Origin: Candidatus Hermodarchaeota archaeon
GTDB lineage: Archaea > Asgardarchaeota > Lokiarchaeia > Sigyniarchaeales > SOKP01
Assembly (NCBI GenBank): GCA_048885525.1
Contig: JBHLLP010000013.1
Span: 20,643 to 84,642 of the forward strand
Reading direction: 5' to 3'
DNA: 64,000 nucleotides
Below, piece after piece: positions 40,372-50,779 of this stretch. The notes below the pieces were generated by a model, which ran no database searches, was not told where the DNA came from, and worked only from the letters and a program-made list of their open reading frames with translations. Position 1 is the stretch's first letter. Each line of letters starts with the position of its first letter. The translations under genes and the position numbers were made by a program.

Positions 40372-41331
40372 TTGGTTCAAAATTCTATGAAAATTGAAAA
40401 ATCAAGTCAAGATCTTGAAAATGAAGTAATTTATGCTGGGCTTTGTATTCATTGTGGCTCTTGTAATGCTTTCTGTCCACATATGGATTTTAATAAAGAA
40501 ACTGGAGAAGCTTATGTTGTAGATGAATGTGCTGAGACCGTAGGGCTCTGTTATAATTCCTGTCCACGAAGTTTCCTACCTGTATCAGAAATTGAACAAA
40601 AACTATTTGGGAAAACCCGTATAGATTTAGCTGTAGGAGTATATAATGATATAATTCAAGTAAAATCAAAAAATAAAAATGAAATTTTATACAACCTTGT
40701 GGTTGCTGCTTTTGAAGCAGGAATTGTAAAACATATGGTTCTAAGTGAAGTTAAAAGTAAAAAACCACCGGTAGCATTCCCAGTTGTAGTAGATACTGCA
40801 AAGGATGCTCAGCAATATATTCCAAAAGCAACAATGGATAATGCTGGTCCCTTAGTAACGGGAATAGGACAAGCCTATAAAGACTATAAGCGTGATATTG
40901 GAATTCTTGGCAACCCTTGCCATATTCAAGGTCTTGCCAAAATCTTGGTTTCTGATTTTAATACTGGAGCAGAGCGTACATCATTAAGAATTGCTTATGC
41001 GTGTTCTTCTGGAGGTATGACTGGTTGCAAATATTGTACAGATTTCTCTGGGGAATTTTCAGATATTTCATACTCCCCATGGGGTGCACCAAAAGATTCT
41101 GGAGAAGCATTTCTTATAATCAGAACAAATGTTGGACAAAAATTAGTAGATACAGCGGTTAAAAAAAAATTAATCGAAATTACTAATCCAAATCCAGATT
41201 TATCTGAAATGAAAAAATTTCTTAATAAGAAACGTAAAAAGAACTTCTTAACTCTTCTTGGTAAAGATTTGATAACAGCTAAATACTTAGATCTTAATGT
41301 TGATGAGTTAAAAGATATTCTTGAAGATTAA
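40372..41331 (+). CDS. Coenzyme F420 hydrogenase/dehydrogenase beta-subunit-like protein with N-terminal ferredoxin (divergent)
   Basis: CIHCGSCNAFCP, GLCYNSCPR, GNPCHIQGL, GCKYCTDFSGEFSDIS, IRTNVG. Confidence 0.8.
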   Translation: MVQNSMKIEKSSQDLENEVIYAGLCIHCGSCNAFCPHMDFNKETGEAYVVDECAETVGLCYNSCPRSFLPVSEIEQKLFGKTRIDLAVGVYNDIIQVKSKNKNEILYNLVVAAFEAGIVKHMVLSEVKSKKPPVAFPVVVDTAKDAQQYIPKATMDNAGPLVTGIGQAYKDYKRDIGILGNPCHIQGLAKILVSDFNTGAERTSLRIAYACSSGGMTGCKYCTDFSGEFSDISYSPWGAPKDSGEAFLIIRTNVGQKLVDTAVKKKLIEITNPNPDLSEMKKFLNKKRKKNFLTLLGKDLITAKYLDLNVDELKDILED

Positions 41332-41393
41332 TATATTTTTTTTATTATCTTTTAAACATTTTTCTGTTTTTTTCTAATCTAAAAGGATCAAGA

Positions 41394-41927
41394 TTATTTT
41401 ATAAATTCCTTTTTTCTCAAAATCGAGCGAGTCAAGGTTTCAAAAATTATTTTGTTATTTTCCCCACTCTTTGAAGAAGTTTCAAAAAAATGGACGATAT
41501 TGTATCTTTTTTTAAATTCTTCAGCATTTTCATATTTTACACTTCTTCTAATATCTGCTAAATCAAGTTTTTCTCCTACGAGAATAAATATAGGATTATC
41601 AGCATTATCATTTACAATTTTATACCACTCTTCCAAAGAATCAAAACTTGTTCTTCTAGTAATATCGTAACATAACAAACATCCTGTTGCTCCTCTACAA
41701 TAATTTGGTAAAAAAAGTCTAAAGCGTCTTTCTCCTGCAAAATCCCATATCTGGAGTCTGATATCATATTTATCGTCGATTTGGACATCAAAGGTCGCTA
41801 GATCTGTCCCAATTGTAATTTTCATAGGAATAAACTGCCCAGTAATTAATCTCTGCACCATGGTGCTTTTACCTACACCTCCATCTCCCACTATAACGAT
41901 TTTAAAGAGCATTTTTCGCTGAGCCAT
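41394..41927 (-). CDS. Rab-like small GTPase
   Basis: GDGGVGKS, TIGTD, LQIWDFAG, YCRGA, YDIT, ETSSK. Confidence 0.9.
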   Translation of the reverse strand: MAQRKMLFKIVIVGDGGVGKSTMVQRLITGQFIPMKITIGTDLATFDVQIDDKYDIRLQIWDFAGERRFRLFLPNYCRGATGCLLCYDITRRTSFDSLEEWYKIVNDNADNPIFILVGEKLDLADIRRSVKYENAEEFKKRYNIVHFFETSSKSGENNKIIFETLTRSILRKKEFIK

Positions 41928-41992
41928 ATTCCAGAATCTAATTTTTTTTGAGAGATAATTAATATTAATATAAATGACAGTTTAATAAATTT

Positions 41993-42868
41993 TTATTCAC
42001 TTTGCAATTTTTCTTTAATTTTGTTACTCAAAGATTTAAGATTCTCAATAATTTTAATTTGTATATTTCTAGGTAGTGGTTCGATAAATTTTTCCAATTT
42101 TTCTTCACTGAAATTGTTAATAGCTTTATAATTTAAAAAGAGAGCAAGAATTGTTAAAGTAGGTGAAATAAAAAGAATTCCGAATAACAAATATGAGAAA
42201 GATATTAGCTGTGAACCAGGGAGATATATCTGTATTCCTAAAAATAGATTATTATTTAACAGAAGTATAACAATCAAATTAATAATGTTCAAAATTATAA
42301 AAACTAAAAAGTGTATAATGGAAATTATCTTAAAATCTGATAACTTTAAAAAAGATATAATATTTTTCGAATCACTCGAAATTTGAGAATCTAATTTCCC
42401 TTCAAACTCATTAATTACAATTTCAAAACGTGTATATTTCCATAAATCAATAAAAATCCAAAAAAAAGTAAACGTGTATGAGAAGACAAGAATCCCTACA
42501 AAATAAGAATAATAATTATTAACTATATGAGGATTATATAGTGATTCAGCACCAAACCAGAATATTAAAATCAATTGAATCTGTGTGGAAAAAAAAAACC
42601 GATTAGCATTTTTTACTTCAGACCCTAATGGATTATAAATTATGTTACTTTTTTCAAATTCTGTTCGCTTTTTATTAGTACTGAGAATTCTAAAAAAAAG
42701 TGAAAAAGAAAATGTTATTAATGGGAAAAGAAAAAAGATAATGTTATTCCACACTTGAGAAATGATTAATACAAAAGAAAAGGTGAATAAAATCAAATCT
42801 CGGAAAAAACCTTCAGAGATTATATCTTTTAATGTTAAAAAATGATTCTGATTATTTTTTTCATTCAT
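41993..42868 (-). CDS. Hypothetical multi-pass membrane protein
   Basis: About 6 hydrophobic segments. Confidence 0.72.
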   Translation of the reverse strand: MNEKNNQNHFLTLKDIISEGFFRDLILFTFSFVLIISQVWNNIIFFLFPLITFSFSLFFRILSTNKKRTEFEKSNIIYNPLGSEVKNANRFFFSTQIQLILIFWFGAESLYNPHIVNNYYSYFVGILVFSYTFTFFWIFIDLWKYTRFEIVINEFEGKLDSQISSDSKNIISFLKLSDFKIISIIHFLVFIILNIINLIVILLLNNNLFLGIQIYLPGSQLISFSYLLFGILFISPTLTILALFLNYKAINNFSEEKLEKFIEPLPRNIQIKIIENLKSLSNKIKEKLQSE

Positions 42869-43028
42869 TTTTTTATTAAAATATACGTAACAAATAAATT
42901 TTTACGATTTTAATTTAGAATATCAAAATCAAGAATGAAAACCTTTGACTCTTAAATGAAAGTCAAAAAATTTTAATTAAGCATATAATTTTTATTTCAC
43001 AATATATCTCAAACACATTAATTCTGTA

Positions 43029-44141
43029 GTGTGTGTAGAAATTATGAGTTCTAACATGAATGAAAGTAAGAAAACAGCACTCCACGATGTTCATTTAAAA
43101 CATGGCGCACGGATGGTTAGTTTTGCTGGATGGCAGATGCCCGTCCAATATAAAAGTATAATTAAGGAACATGAAGCTGTTCGTTCCTACGCAGGTATAT
43201 TTGATATTTCACATATGGGTGAATTTTTCCTCAAAGGTAAAGATATATTCGATTTTCTTCAATATATAATGATAAACGATTTAAATTTATTGGAACCATC
43301 TAAAGGTCAATATTCATGCATGTGTTATGATAATGGAACTGTTGTAGATGATCTGGTGTATTATGAGGAGACACCCGAACGTTTTAGAATGATTGTCAAT
43401 GCAAGTAACATTGAAAAAGACTTATTATGGTTAAATGATCATATAGGAGAATTTGATGTTAAAATCACAAATCTATCAACAAAAAGATCTCGAATAGCAT
43501 TTCAAGGGCCTAAAGCGGATGAATATCTTCAACCTCTTGTAGATGTTGATCTTTCTCAAATTAACCGTTTTTATTTTGCCCATTGCACTATTAAAGATAA
43601 TCCTATCTTTATAGCAAGAACAGGATACACAGGTGAGCGTGGGTTTGAAATTTCCTTTGAAAATCAATTCGCAGAAAAAATATGGAATTTACTAATAAAT
43701 ACTGGAGCCAGTCCCGCAGGTCTTGGAGCTAGGGATTCATTAAGATTAGAAGCTTGTTATTCATTATATGGGCATGAGATAAGTAATACTATAACTCCTA
43801 TTGAAGCAGGACTTAGTTGGTTAGTAAAGCCAAAAGAAGGAATTGATTACATCGGGAAATATGTATTAATGAAACAAAAATCTGAAGGAACAAAAAGAAT
43901 AATAGTTGGTCTTGGTTTAATCGATAAAGGTATTATTAGGGAAAATTATAAAATCTATAAAGATGGTATTGAAATTGGATTTGTTACTTCTGGAGGATAT
44001 TCTCCTACCCTAAAAAAGACCATTGGTTTAGGACTTGTGAATAAACTATATAAAGAGATAGGAACTGAAATTGAGATAGAAATACGGAATAAGCTTTTAA
44101 GAGGAGTAATAGTTTCTACACCTTTTTACAGGAATGTTTAA
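43029..44141 (+). CDS. gcvT: Glycine cleavage system aminomethyltransferase T
   Basis: FAGWQMPVQY, FDISHMGE, ARTGYTGERGFE, GLGARDSLRLEA; true start may be a slightly downstream ATG. Confidence 0.96.
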   Translation: MCVEIMSSNMNESKKTALHDVHLKHGARMVSFAGWQMPVQYKSIIKEHEAVRSYAGIFDISHMGEFFLKGKDIFDFLQYIMINDLNLLEPSKGQYSCMCYDNGTVVDDLVYYEETPERFRMIVNASNIEKDLLWLNDHIGEFDVKITNLSTKRSRIAFQGPKADEYLQPLVDVDLSQINRFYFAHCTIKDNPIFIARTGYTGERGFEISFENQFAEKIWNLLINTGASPAGLGARDSLRLEACYSLYGHEISNTITPIEAGLSWLVKPKEGIDYIGKYVLMKQKSEGTKRIIVGLGLIDKGIIRENYKIYKDGIEIGFVTSGGYSPTLKKTIGLGLVNKLYKEIGTEIEIEIRNKLLRGVIVSTPFYRNV

Positions 44142-44158
44142 TAAGACAATATAAATAT

Positions 44159-44563
44159 GTGAAAATTATGGATTACGATTTTCCTAACAGTTTAAAATAC
44201 ACGCCCACTCATGAGTGGATTAGAATTGAAAATTCAATTGCCACTATTGGAATTACTGATTTTGCTCAACATCAATTGGGTGATATTGTATTCGTAGAAC
44301 TTCCCGAAGTTGGTATGGTCTTTGAAAAAGGAAGTAACGCAGCAGAGATTGAATCAGTAAAAGCTGTTGGTGATTTAATAATGCCATTATCGGGAGAAAT
44401 TATTGAAATTAACCAAAACCTTGCTGATAATCCAGGAGTTATAAATTCTTCGCCATTTTCAGATGGATGGATTATAAAGATTAAATATTCCCACCCAATT
44501 GAAATTGATGAGCTTTTATCCGTAGAAAAATACAAACAAATAATCCAAAACGAACAACATTAA
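44159..44563 (+). CDS. gcvH: Glycine cleavage system H protein
   Basis: THEWI, GITDFAQHQLGDIVFVELP, lipoyl-lysine motif IESVKA. Confidence 0.96.
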   Translation: MKIMDYDFPNSLKYTPTHEWIRIENSIATIGITDFAQHQLGDIVFVELPEVGMVFEKGSNAAEIESVKAVGDLIMPLSGEIIEINQNLADNPGVINSSPFSDGWIIKIKYSHPIEIDELLSVEKYKQIIQNEQH

Positions 44564-44621
44564 TATTTTTTTCTTTATTGTTTTAATTAATTTTTTATAA
44601 ACTCTTAAGAGGAGAGATAAT

Positions 44622-45962
44622 TTGGACTTTATTCCTCATGATAATAAAACAATTATGGACATGTTGAATGTAATTGGAGTAAAATCTTTACAAGAACTCT
44701 TTCAAGATATCCCAAATGATTTATTTATTGAAGAAATAAATTTACCCTCTGGTCTTTCTGAATCAGATCTTTTACGTCAATTAGAGAAAATTTCTCATAA
44801 GAATAAAGTATATTCAAATTCTTTCTTAGGAGCAGGGTGTTACTATCATTATATCCCCTCACTTGTTGATTTTGTTATTTCTCGATCAGAATTTTATACT
44901 TCTTACACTCCATATCAAGCTGAAGCTAGTCAAGGCTTTTTGCAGGCTATTTATGAATATCAAACAATAATATCTCGATTAACAAAAATGGATGTATCTA
45001 ATGCTAGTATGTATGATGGATCAACTGCTCTTGCTGAAGCAGCAATTATGGCTACAATTATTACTGGTATAAAAAGAATAGTAATATTTGAAGGACTTCA
45101 CCCAGAATATGAAGATGTTGTTCAAACTTACTGCTGGGGGCAGAATATTAAGTTAGAAAAAGTTAATGAAGAGACTCTAAAAAATAAATTGCAAGAAGAT
45201 TTAGCAGCTCTAATTTTTCAAAGTCCTAATTTTTTTGGGGATATTGAAGATGGTGCAAAAATTTCAAAAATAGTGCGAAATAATTGTCCTAAATGCCTTA
45301 TAATACAAGTTATGACAGATCCAACATGTTTAGGAGTTTTAAAACCTCCTGGCACAACGGATATAGATATTTTTGTTGCTGAAGGACAAGCATTCGGATT
45401 AAATCCTTCATTTGGTGGACCTAGTCTAGGAATCTTTACTGTTAAACAGAAATATTTAAGAAAAATGCCAGGAAGACTGATTGGAAAAACTAAAGAAATT
45501 AATGGGCAAAATCGGGGATTTATTTTAACTTTACAAGCACGTGAACAACATATTCGCAGGGAAAAAGCTAGTTCTAACATTTGTACTAATCAAGCTTTAT
45601 GTTCATTAGCAGCATTGACTTATTTATTAGCTTTAGGAAGAACAGGTCTTAAAGAAGTGGCTATACAGAATATTGAAAAAACTCATTACCTAAAAACTAA
45701 ACTTAGCAAAATTCCTGGTTTTAAAATATTAAATAAGAAACCAACCTACAATGAGTTTTTAGTGAAAATTCCTAAAATTGATTTCTTTATTGAGAAGTGT
45801 AAACAATATAATCTCCAACCTCCTTTAAAAATTTCAAAGTATTATCCTAAAATGAAAAACATAGCATTAGTATGTGTAACTGAAATGAACTCTAAAGAAT
45901 CAATCGATAATTTTCTTAAGGCAGCTCTTTCAATCTCAAATAGTAAAAAGGAGGAAAAATGA
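44622..45962 (+). CDS. gcvPA: Glycine dehydrogenase subunit 1
   Basis: SFLGAGCY, YTPYQAEASQG, NASMYDG, REQHIRREKASSNICTNQ. Confidence 0.96.
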   Translation: MDFIPHDNKTIMDMLNVIGVKSLQELFQDIPNDLFIEEINLPSGLSESDLLRQLEKISHKNKVYSNSFLGAGCYYHYIPSLVDFVISRSEFYTSYTPYQAEASQGFLQAIYEYQTIISRLTKMDVSNASMYDGSTALAEAAIMATIITGIKRIVIFEGLHPEYEDVVQTYCWGQNIKLEKVNEETLKNKLQEDLAALIFQSPNFFGDIEDGAKISKIVRNNCPKCLIIQVMTDPTCLGVLKPPGTTDIDIFVAEGQAFGLNPSFGGPSLGIFTVKQKYLRKMPGRLIGKTKEINGQNRGFILTLQAREQHIRREKASSNICTNQALCSLAALTYLLALGRTGLKEVAIQNIEKTHYLKTKLSKIPGFKILNKKPTYNEFLVKIPKIDFFIEKCKQYNLQPPLKISKYYPKMKNIALVCVTEMNSKESIDNFLKAALSISNSKKEEK

Positions 45963-47401
45963 TTATGAATTCTAATGATCAATTAATTCTTGAAAAAGGA
46001 AACGATACTGAGCATCAGAATTTTGTTCCTAAAATGGATATTGATGAGATTGGCCTTGAAAAAATCATACCAGAACAATTCCTAAGAGAAAAATTACCAA
46101 TTCCTAATGTTCCAGAAGTAGAGATTGTTCGTCATTTCATAAAATTAAGCAATACAAATTATGGTGTAGATACCGGGATATATCCATTAGGTTCCTGCAC
46201 CATGAAGTATAATCCTAAAATAAATGAAAATATTGTGAGATTACCGGGATTTACCAATATTCATCCTTTACAAGAAGAGAATGAAGGCTCACTTGAATTA
46301 ATTCATCATCTCTCAATACTATTAGGAGAAATAACTGGTATGGATGGTTTTACTTTGCAACCGGCAGCAGGAGCTCATGGAGAATTAGTAGGCTTATTAA
46401 TAATGAAAAAATATTTTGAAAGTAATCATGCTACAAAACAAAAAATTATTATTCCAGATTCCGCCCATGGAACTAACCCTGCATCGGCAAAAATGGCAGG
46501 ATTTTCGATTATAGAACTACAATCAAATAATTCTGGAGAAGTTCCATTAGACCAATTAAAATTTGCTATGCAGGAGGGTGATGTTGCTGGTATTATGCTT
46601 ACAAATCCCAATACGCTTGGTGTTTTTGACAGACAAATTAAGGAGATAACGAGAATTGTTCACGAGCATGGAGGATTATGTTATTATGATGGAGCAAATT
46701 TGAACCCAATGCTAGGAATCTGCCGTCCTCGAGATATGGGATTTGATATTATTCATTTGAATTTACATAAAACTTTTTCAACTCCGCATGGAGGTGGTGG
46801 ACCTGGGTCTGGACCTATTGGTGTTATAAATGAACTCATCCCTTTTCTTCCTGAACCCTGTTTAATTTCCACTAAACAAGGACTTATATGTAGAAATCAC
46901 AACGATAAATCAATAGGGAGAATAAGAGCTTTTTGGGGAAATTTCGGAGTGATTATTAGAGCTTACGCTTATATTCTAGCCTTAGGTGCAGAAGGTTTAA
47001 AAAAGGTTGGTCAAATTGCTGTCTTAAATGCAAATTATCTAAGAGTTCTTTTACAAAAAAACTATCATCTCCCTTACAAACGAATATGTCAACATGAGTT
47101 TGTAATTTCAGATCGATACATGCCTAATGAAATCACAACCGAAGATATAGCAAAACGTATTCTTGATTATGGGATATATGCCCCTACAATTTACTTTCCG
47201 TTAATAGTTTCAGGAGCTATGATGATTGAACCTACTGAAACCGAATCAAAGCAATCTTTAGACTATTTTGTTGAAATAATGAATAAAATCTTTGAAGAAG
47301 CAAAGCTAAATCCTCAAATTCTAAAAAATGCCCCTCTTAATACACCTGTTAAGCGTTTGGATGCAGTTTTGGCAGCAAGAAACCCGATCTTACACGATTA
47401 A
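45959..47401 (+). CDS. gcvPB: Glycine dehydrogenase subunit 2
   Basis: PLGSCTMKYNP, QPAAGAHGE, HLNLHKTFSTPHGGGGPG, IEPTETES. Confidence 0.96.
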   Translation: MIMNSNDQLILEKGNDTEHQNFVPKMDIDEIGLEKIIPEQFLREKLPIPNVPEVEIVRHFIKLSNTNYGVDTGIYPLGSCTMKYNPKINENIVRLPGFTNIHPLQEENEGSLELIHHLSILLGEITGMDGFTLQPAAGAHGELVGLLIMKKYFESNHATKQKIIIPDSAHGTNPASAKMAGFSIIELQSNNSGEVPLDQLKFAMQEGDVAGIMLTNPNTLGVFDRQIKEITRIVHEHGGLCYYDGANLNPMLGICRPRDMGFDIIHLNLHKTFSTPHGGGGPGSGPIGVINELIPFLPEPCLISTKQGLICRNHNDKSIGRIRAFWGNFGVIIRAYAYILALGAEGLKKVGQIAVLNANYLRVLLQKNYHLPYKRICQHEFVISDRYMPNEITTEDIAKRILDYGIYAPTIYFPLIVSGAMMIEPTETESKQSLDYFVEIMNKIFEEAKLNPQILKNAPLNTPVKRLDAVLAARNPILHD

Positions 47402-47500
47402 TATTTAAATTCCTTTATTAATAAATAAATTTTAATAGTCCATAGCAATATAAGTTCTAAAGTAGTATAAAATTTATAATTCAGATTTTGGTGTACAAAA

Positions 47501-49465
47501 ATAAATTATTTATCTTTTTTTCCTTACGAGCAATTTAGAAAAAATCAAGAAAACATCATTAAGCAGATTGAATTAAGTTCGAAATCAAGAAAAATCTCTT
47601 TATTATCAGCACCTAACGGAACAGGTAAAACTATTATTGCCTTATCTAGTTTACTCCCCTTAGCTTTTGAAAAAAATTTAAAAATTATTTATATGTGTAG
47701 GACACATTCTCAAAATCGACGAATCATCAAAGAATTGATAAAAATCTCACAAAAAATAATCAATGATAAATTGGGAGTAAATCTTAATGGTGTTTCGATA
47801 AGAGGTAGAAATGAAATGTGTCTAAACGATACATTATTATCTCTCAAGTTAAATCCAAGAGAAGCTATGTCAGTTTGTACAGATTTAAGGAAAAATAGAA
47901 ACTGCATTTATTTTCTGAACTTGTTAAAAAGAAGAGGACAAACTGATAATGTAATATCAATTGCTCCAGAACTCTTTAATAAACCTTTTGATGCTGATGA
48001 TCTTATATTATTTTGTAAAGAAAAGAGATTTTGTCCTTATTTCTTAAGTAAATTTTTACTTGAATCAATGAAAGTTATTATATGCAATTATCAATGGATT
48101 TTTAACCCATTTATTCGAGATTCGTTTTTAGAATTCATTGGTCAAGAACTTCAAAGTTGTATTTTAGTTATAGATGAATGTCATAATATTATCGACGTTG
48201 CAACTGAAGTAATTTCACAAAAAATCACCCCTTATTCATTAAGACTCTGTTTAAAAGATCTTGAAATGTATCGATCTCCTATTTTGATGCAGAGTTTTAT
48301 AAAAATCTTGTTAGATCAGTTAAATGATAAAAAGAATAACTTAGGAGTCAAAGAAAAAGCAGTTCAACCAGACAAACAGTTAGAATTAATGTATAAAAAG
48401 TTAGGACTTCATGATCTAATTGGATTTAAGAATTTTATTGAAGAACTTCATGATTTCAGCTTATCTATTCATGACGAAAAGATTGCAAATGGAGAAATTT
48501 CGCGAGATTTCGTTGGGTCTTTAGCAGAATTTTGGTTAAAATGGTTAAAAACATATACATTGGAGAATTATTTTTTTTGCTATAATATCAACGAAATCAA
48601 AGAAAAGCGTTCAATTTCTCTTGAAATTGTAGCTTTAGATCCTAGAGAAATTTCAATTCCTATTTTGAAAAAAGGATATACTTGTTTGAATCTCTCTGGA
48701 ACTGTGAACCCATATGTCTATAATAATTTAATGGGATTAAATGAGTGTGGTAAGAGCTATAAGGGAATTATTGCGGACTCACCTTTCAATAAAAATAATA
48801 TCAAGGCTATTATCATTGACGGCGTAGATACAAAAAGAGATAATAGAACCCCAGAAATGCTTAAAAAAATGATTGGAAAAATTAATGAAGTTTTAACTTG
48901 TACACCCGCAAATGTTGGTATTTTTTGTGCATCCTATAAAATTCTTAAAGGATTGTTGGTGAATGGAATGGAAGCTATAGCAAAAGAGAATAATAAAAAA
49001 TTGTTTGTTGAGGAACCAAGATTATCAGCTACTGAAAATGCGATGCTAGTGGATGATTTTAAAAGCATGGCTTCAAATAGTGGAGCTGTCTTATTAGGAG
49101 TATGTGGAGGGAGAAATTCAGAAGGAGAAGATTATCCAGGCGATTATATGAATTCTGTAATTATTGCTGGATATCCTTATCATCTTCCTACTCCCCGTGT
49201 AGAAGCAAAAATTAAATATTATGATAGAGTTTTTAAAAAACAAGGCTGGAATTTCGCTTATTTATACCCTGCTGCTCAGCGAGCAAATCAAGCTTCGGGA
49301 AGACCAATAAGAAAAATATCTGATAGAGGGGCAATAATTTTCATGGATCGCCGATTTAAAGCAAAATATAAATGGATTTCAGAATGGTTAAGAAAAGAAT
49401 TAGAAATAATTCCTGATAAACCTAATGCAATAATTCAGAATCTCTCCCCTTTTTGGAAGAAATAG
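47501..49465 (+). CDS. xpd: XPD/Rad3-like FeS-cluster DNA helicase (probable ATA start)
   Basis: The Q motif (FPYEQFRKNQ) and Walker A (APNGTGKT) lie in frame upstream of the ORF-track start. Also RTHSQ, four FeS Cys, DECH, SEGEDY and QASGRPIR. Confidence 0.9.
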   Translation: MNYLSFFPYEQFRKNQENIIKQIELSSKSRKISLLSAPNGTGKTIIALSSLLPLAFEKNLKIIYMCRTHSQNRRIIKELIKISQKIINDKLGVNLNGVSIRGRNEMCLNDTLLSLKLNPREAMSVCTDLRKNRNCIYFLNLLKRRGQTDNVISIAPELFNKPFDADDLILFCKEKRFCPYFLSKFLLESMKVIICNYQWIFNPFIRDSFLEFIGQELQSCILVIDECHNIIDVATEVISQKITPYSLRLCLKDLEMYRSPILMQSFIKILLDQLNDKKNNLGVKEKAVQPDKQLELMYKKLGLHDLIGFKNFIEELHDFSLSIHDEKIANGEISRDFVGSLAEFWLKWLKTYTLENYFFCYNINEIKEKRSISLEIVALDPREISIPILKKGYTCLNLSGTVNPYVYNNLMGLNECGKSYKGIIADSPFNKNNIKAIIIDGVDTKRDNRTPEMLKKMIGKINEVLTCTPANVGIFCASYKILKGLLVNGMEAIAKENNKKLFVEEPRLSATENAMLVDDFKSMASNSGAVLLGVCGGRNSEGEDYPGDYMNSVIIAGYPYHLPTPRVEAKIKYYDRVFKKQGWNFAYLYPAAQRANQASGRPIRKISDRGAIIFMDRRFKAKYKWISEWLRKELEIIPDKPNAIIQNLSPFWKK

Positions 49466-50645
49466 TTAAATTTTGATTTGGTTTAAATTTAAGAAAAACT
49501 ATAATAGTAGAAATTACTGGAAATATTATCATAAAATACATAACTATATAATAATCAGAGTTAAATACTGATAATAACAAACTGAATAAGATTCCTCCTA
49601 TGAAACTTCCTGAAAATACACTAGAATTAGCATAACCGATAAATTTACCTTTATTTTTAGGCGTAGTATTTTGAGCTATATATGTGATAGTTGCTCCCCA
49701 ATGCATTGAATAACTAAAAGAAACTAGAACTTGAAAAAGTAAATAACTCCAAAAATTAGATGAAATTATGTATCCAAAAATAGAAATTGAACTTAATAAA
49801 TAACCAATTATCATGAAAGATTTAATATTTTTAAGAGTGATTATCTTTCCTACTAATAACATCTGAAAAAATTGTAATAAAAAGTTAATTCCAATTAAAA
49901 ATCCAATTTCTGAATCACTGCCCAAGTGAAAATTCATGATAATAGCAAGTATAGGCATAATTGGTTTGATACTGAAATTTCTAAAAAATAATCCATAAAA
50001 AATTGAGTTAGAAATTGAAATCTCATCTTCAATATTAATTAAAATAAGATCATTGGAGTTTTTCTCGACTACTTTATTATACCTTTCTAAAATCAACGCT
50101 CTCTCTTCTCTAATAAAAATGACTAAAAATATATTTGGTAAAGATATTAGTAAAATTAATAAAAATATGTGTTCAATTGTATAAAAATCAATAAAAATTC
50201 CGCCGGATTGGGCTCCTACAAACCAACCAGCTACAATTGAAGCGTTAATATAAGAAATGAATGTTTTATCATCTTCTACTAATTCTGCAAATAGCGTCAT
50301 TAATAAGTTAGATGATGCCATAAAAAAACCAAAAAGAAATAATAGTAGCACTATTAATATCAAATTCTGCGTTAGAAATAAAAAGAAATATGAAAAAGTC
50401 ATACCAATAGTTCCAAATAAAATGAAAATATATCTATTTTGAATTTTATCTGAATAATAACCATATAAAGGAGGAAAAACAAAAGCAGTAAAGGGAAAAA
50501 TTGTAATTATGAATTGCATTAATGGTTTTTCCATCCCTAAAAATAATAAGTATCTTGGAATATAAGTATAAACAATAATTGCTGCTGTATTAACAATAAA
50601 CACAGATAATAAGATTAAAATAATGGATTTTTTTGATATTATCAA
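49422..50645 (-). CDS. MFS transporter
   Basis: GYYSDKIQNR motif A; about 12 TM helices; NKGKFIG. Confidence 0.88.
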   Translation of the reverse strand: MIISKKSIILILLSVFIVNTAAIIVYTYIPRYLLFLGMEKPLMQFIITIFPFTAFVFPPLYGYYSDKIQNRYIFILFGTIGMTFSYFFLFLTQNLILIVLLLFLFGFFMASSNLLMTLFAELVEDDKTFISYINASIVAGWFVGAQSGGIFIDFYTIEHIFLLILLISLPNIFLVIFIREERALILERYNKVVEKNSNDLILINIEDEISISNSIFYGLFFRNFSIKPIMPILAIIMNFHLGSDSEIGFLIGINFLLQFFQMLLVGKIITLKNIKSFMIIGYLLSSISIFGYIISSNFWSYLLFQVLVSFSYSMHWGATITYIAQNTTPKNKGKFIGYANSSVFSGSFIGGILFSLLLSVFNSDYYIVMYFMIIFPVISTIIVFLKFKPNQNLTISSKKGRDSELLH

Positions 50646-50779
50646 ATATTCTTCCTCATTACATAAAATTGCTTAAAAGTACCCAGTAAAATATTGTTCA
50701 ATTTATTTAGTTTTCTATAAAATTATGTATTAAAGTTATATCTACTGAATTATTTGCTAATTTATTCAGAATTGGATAA

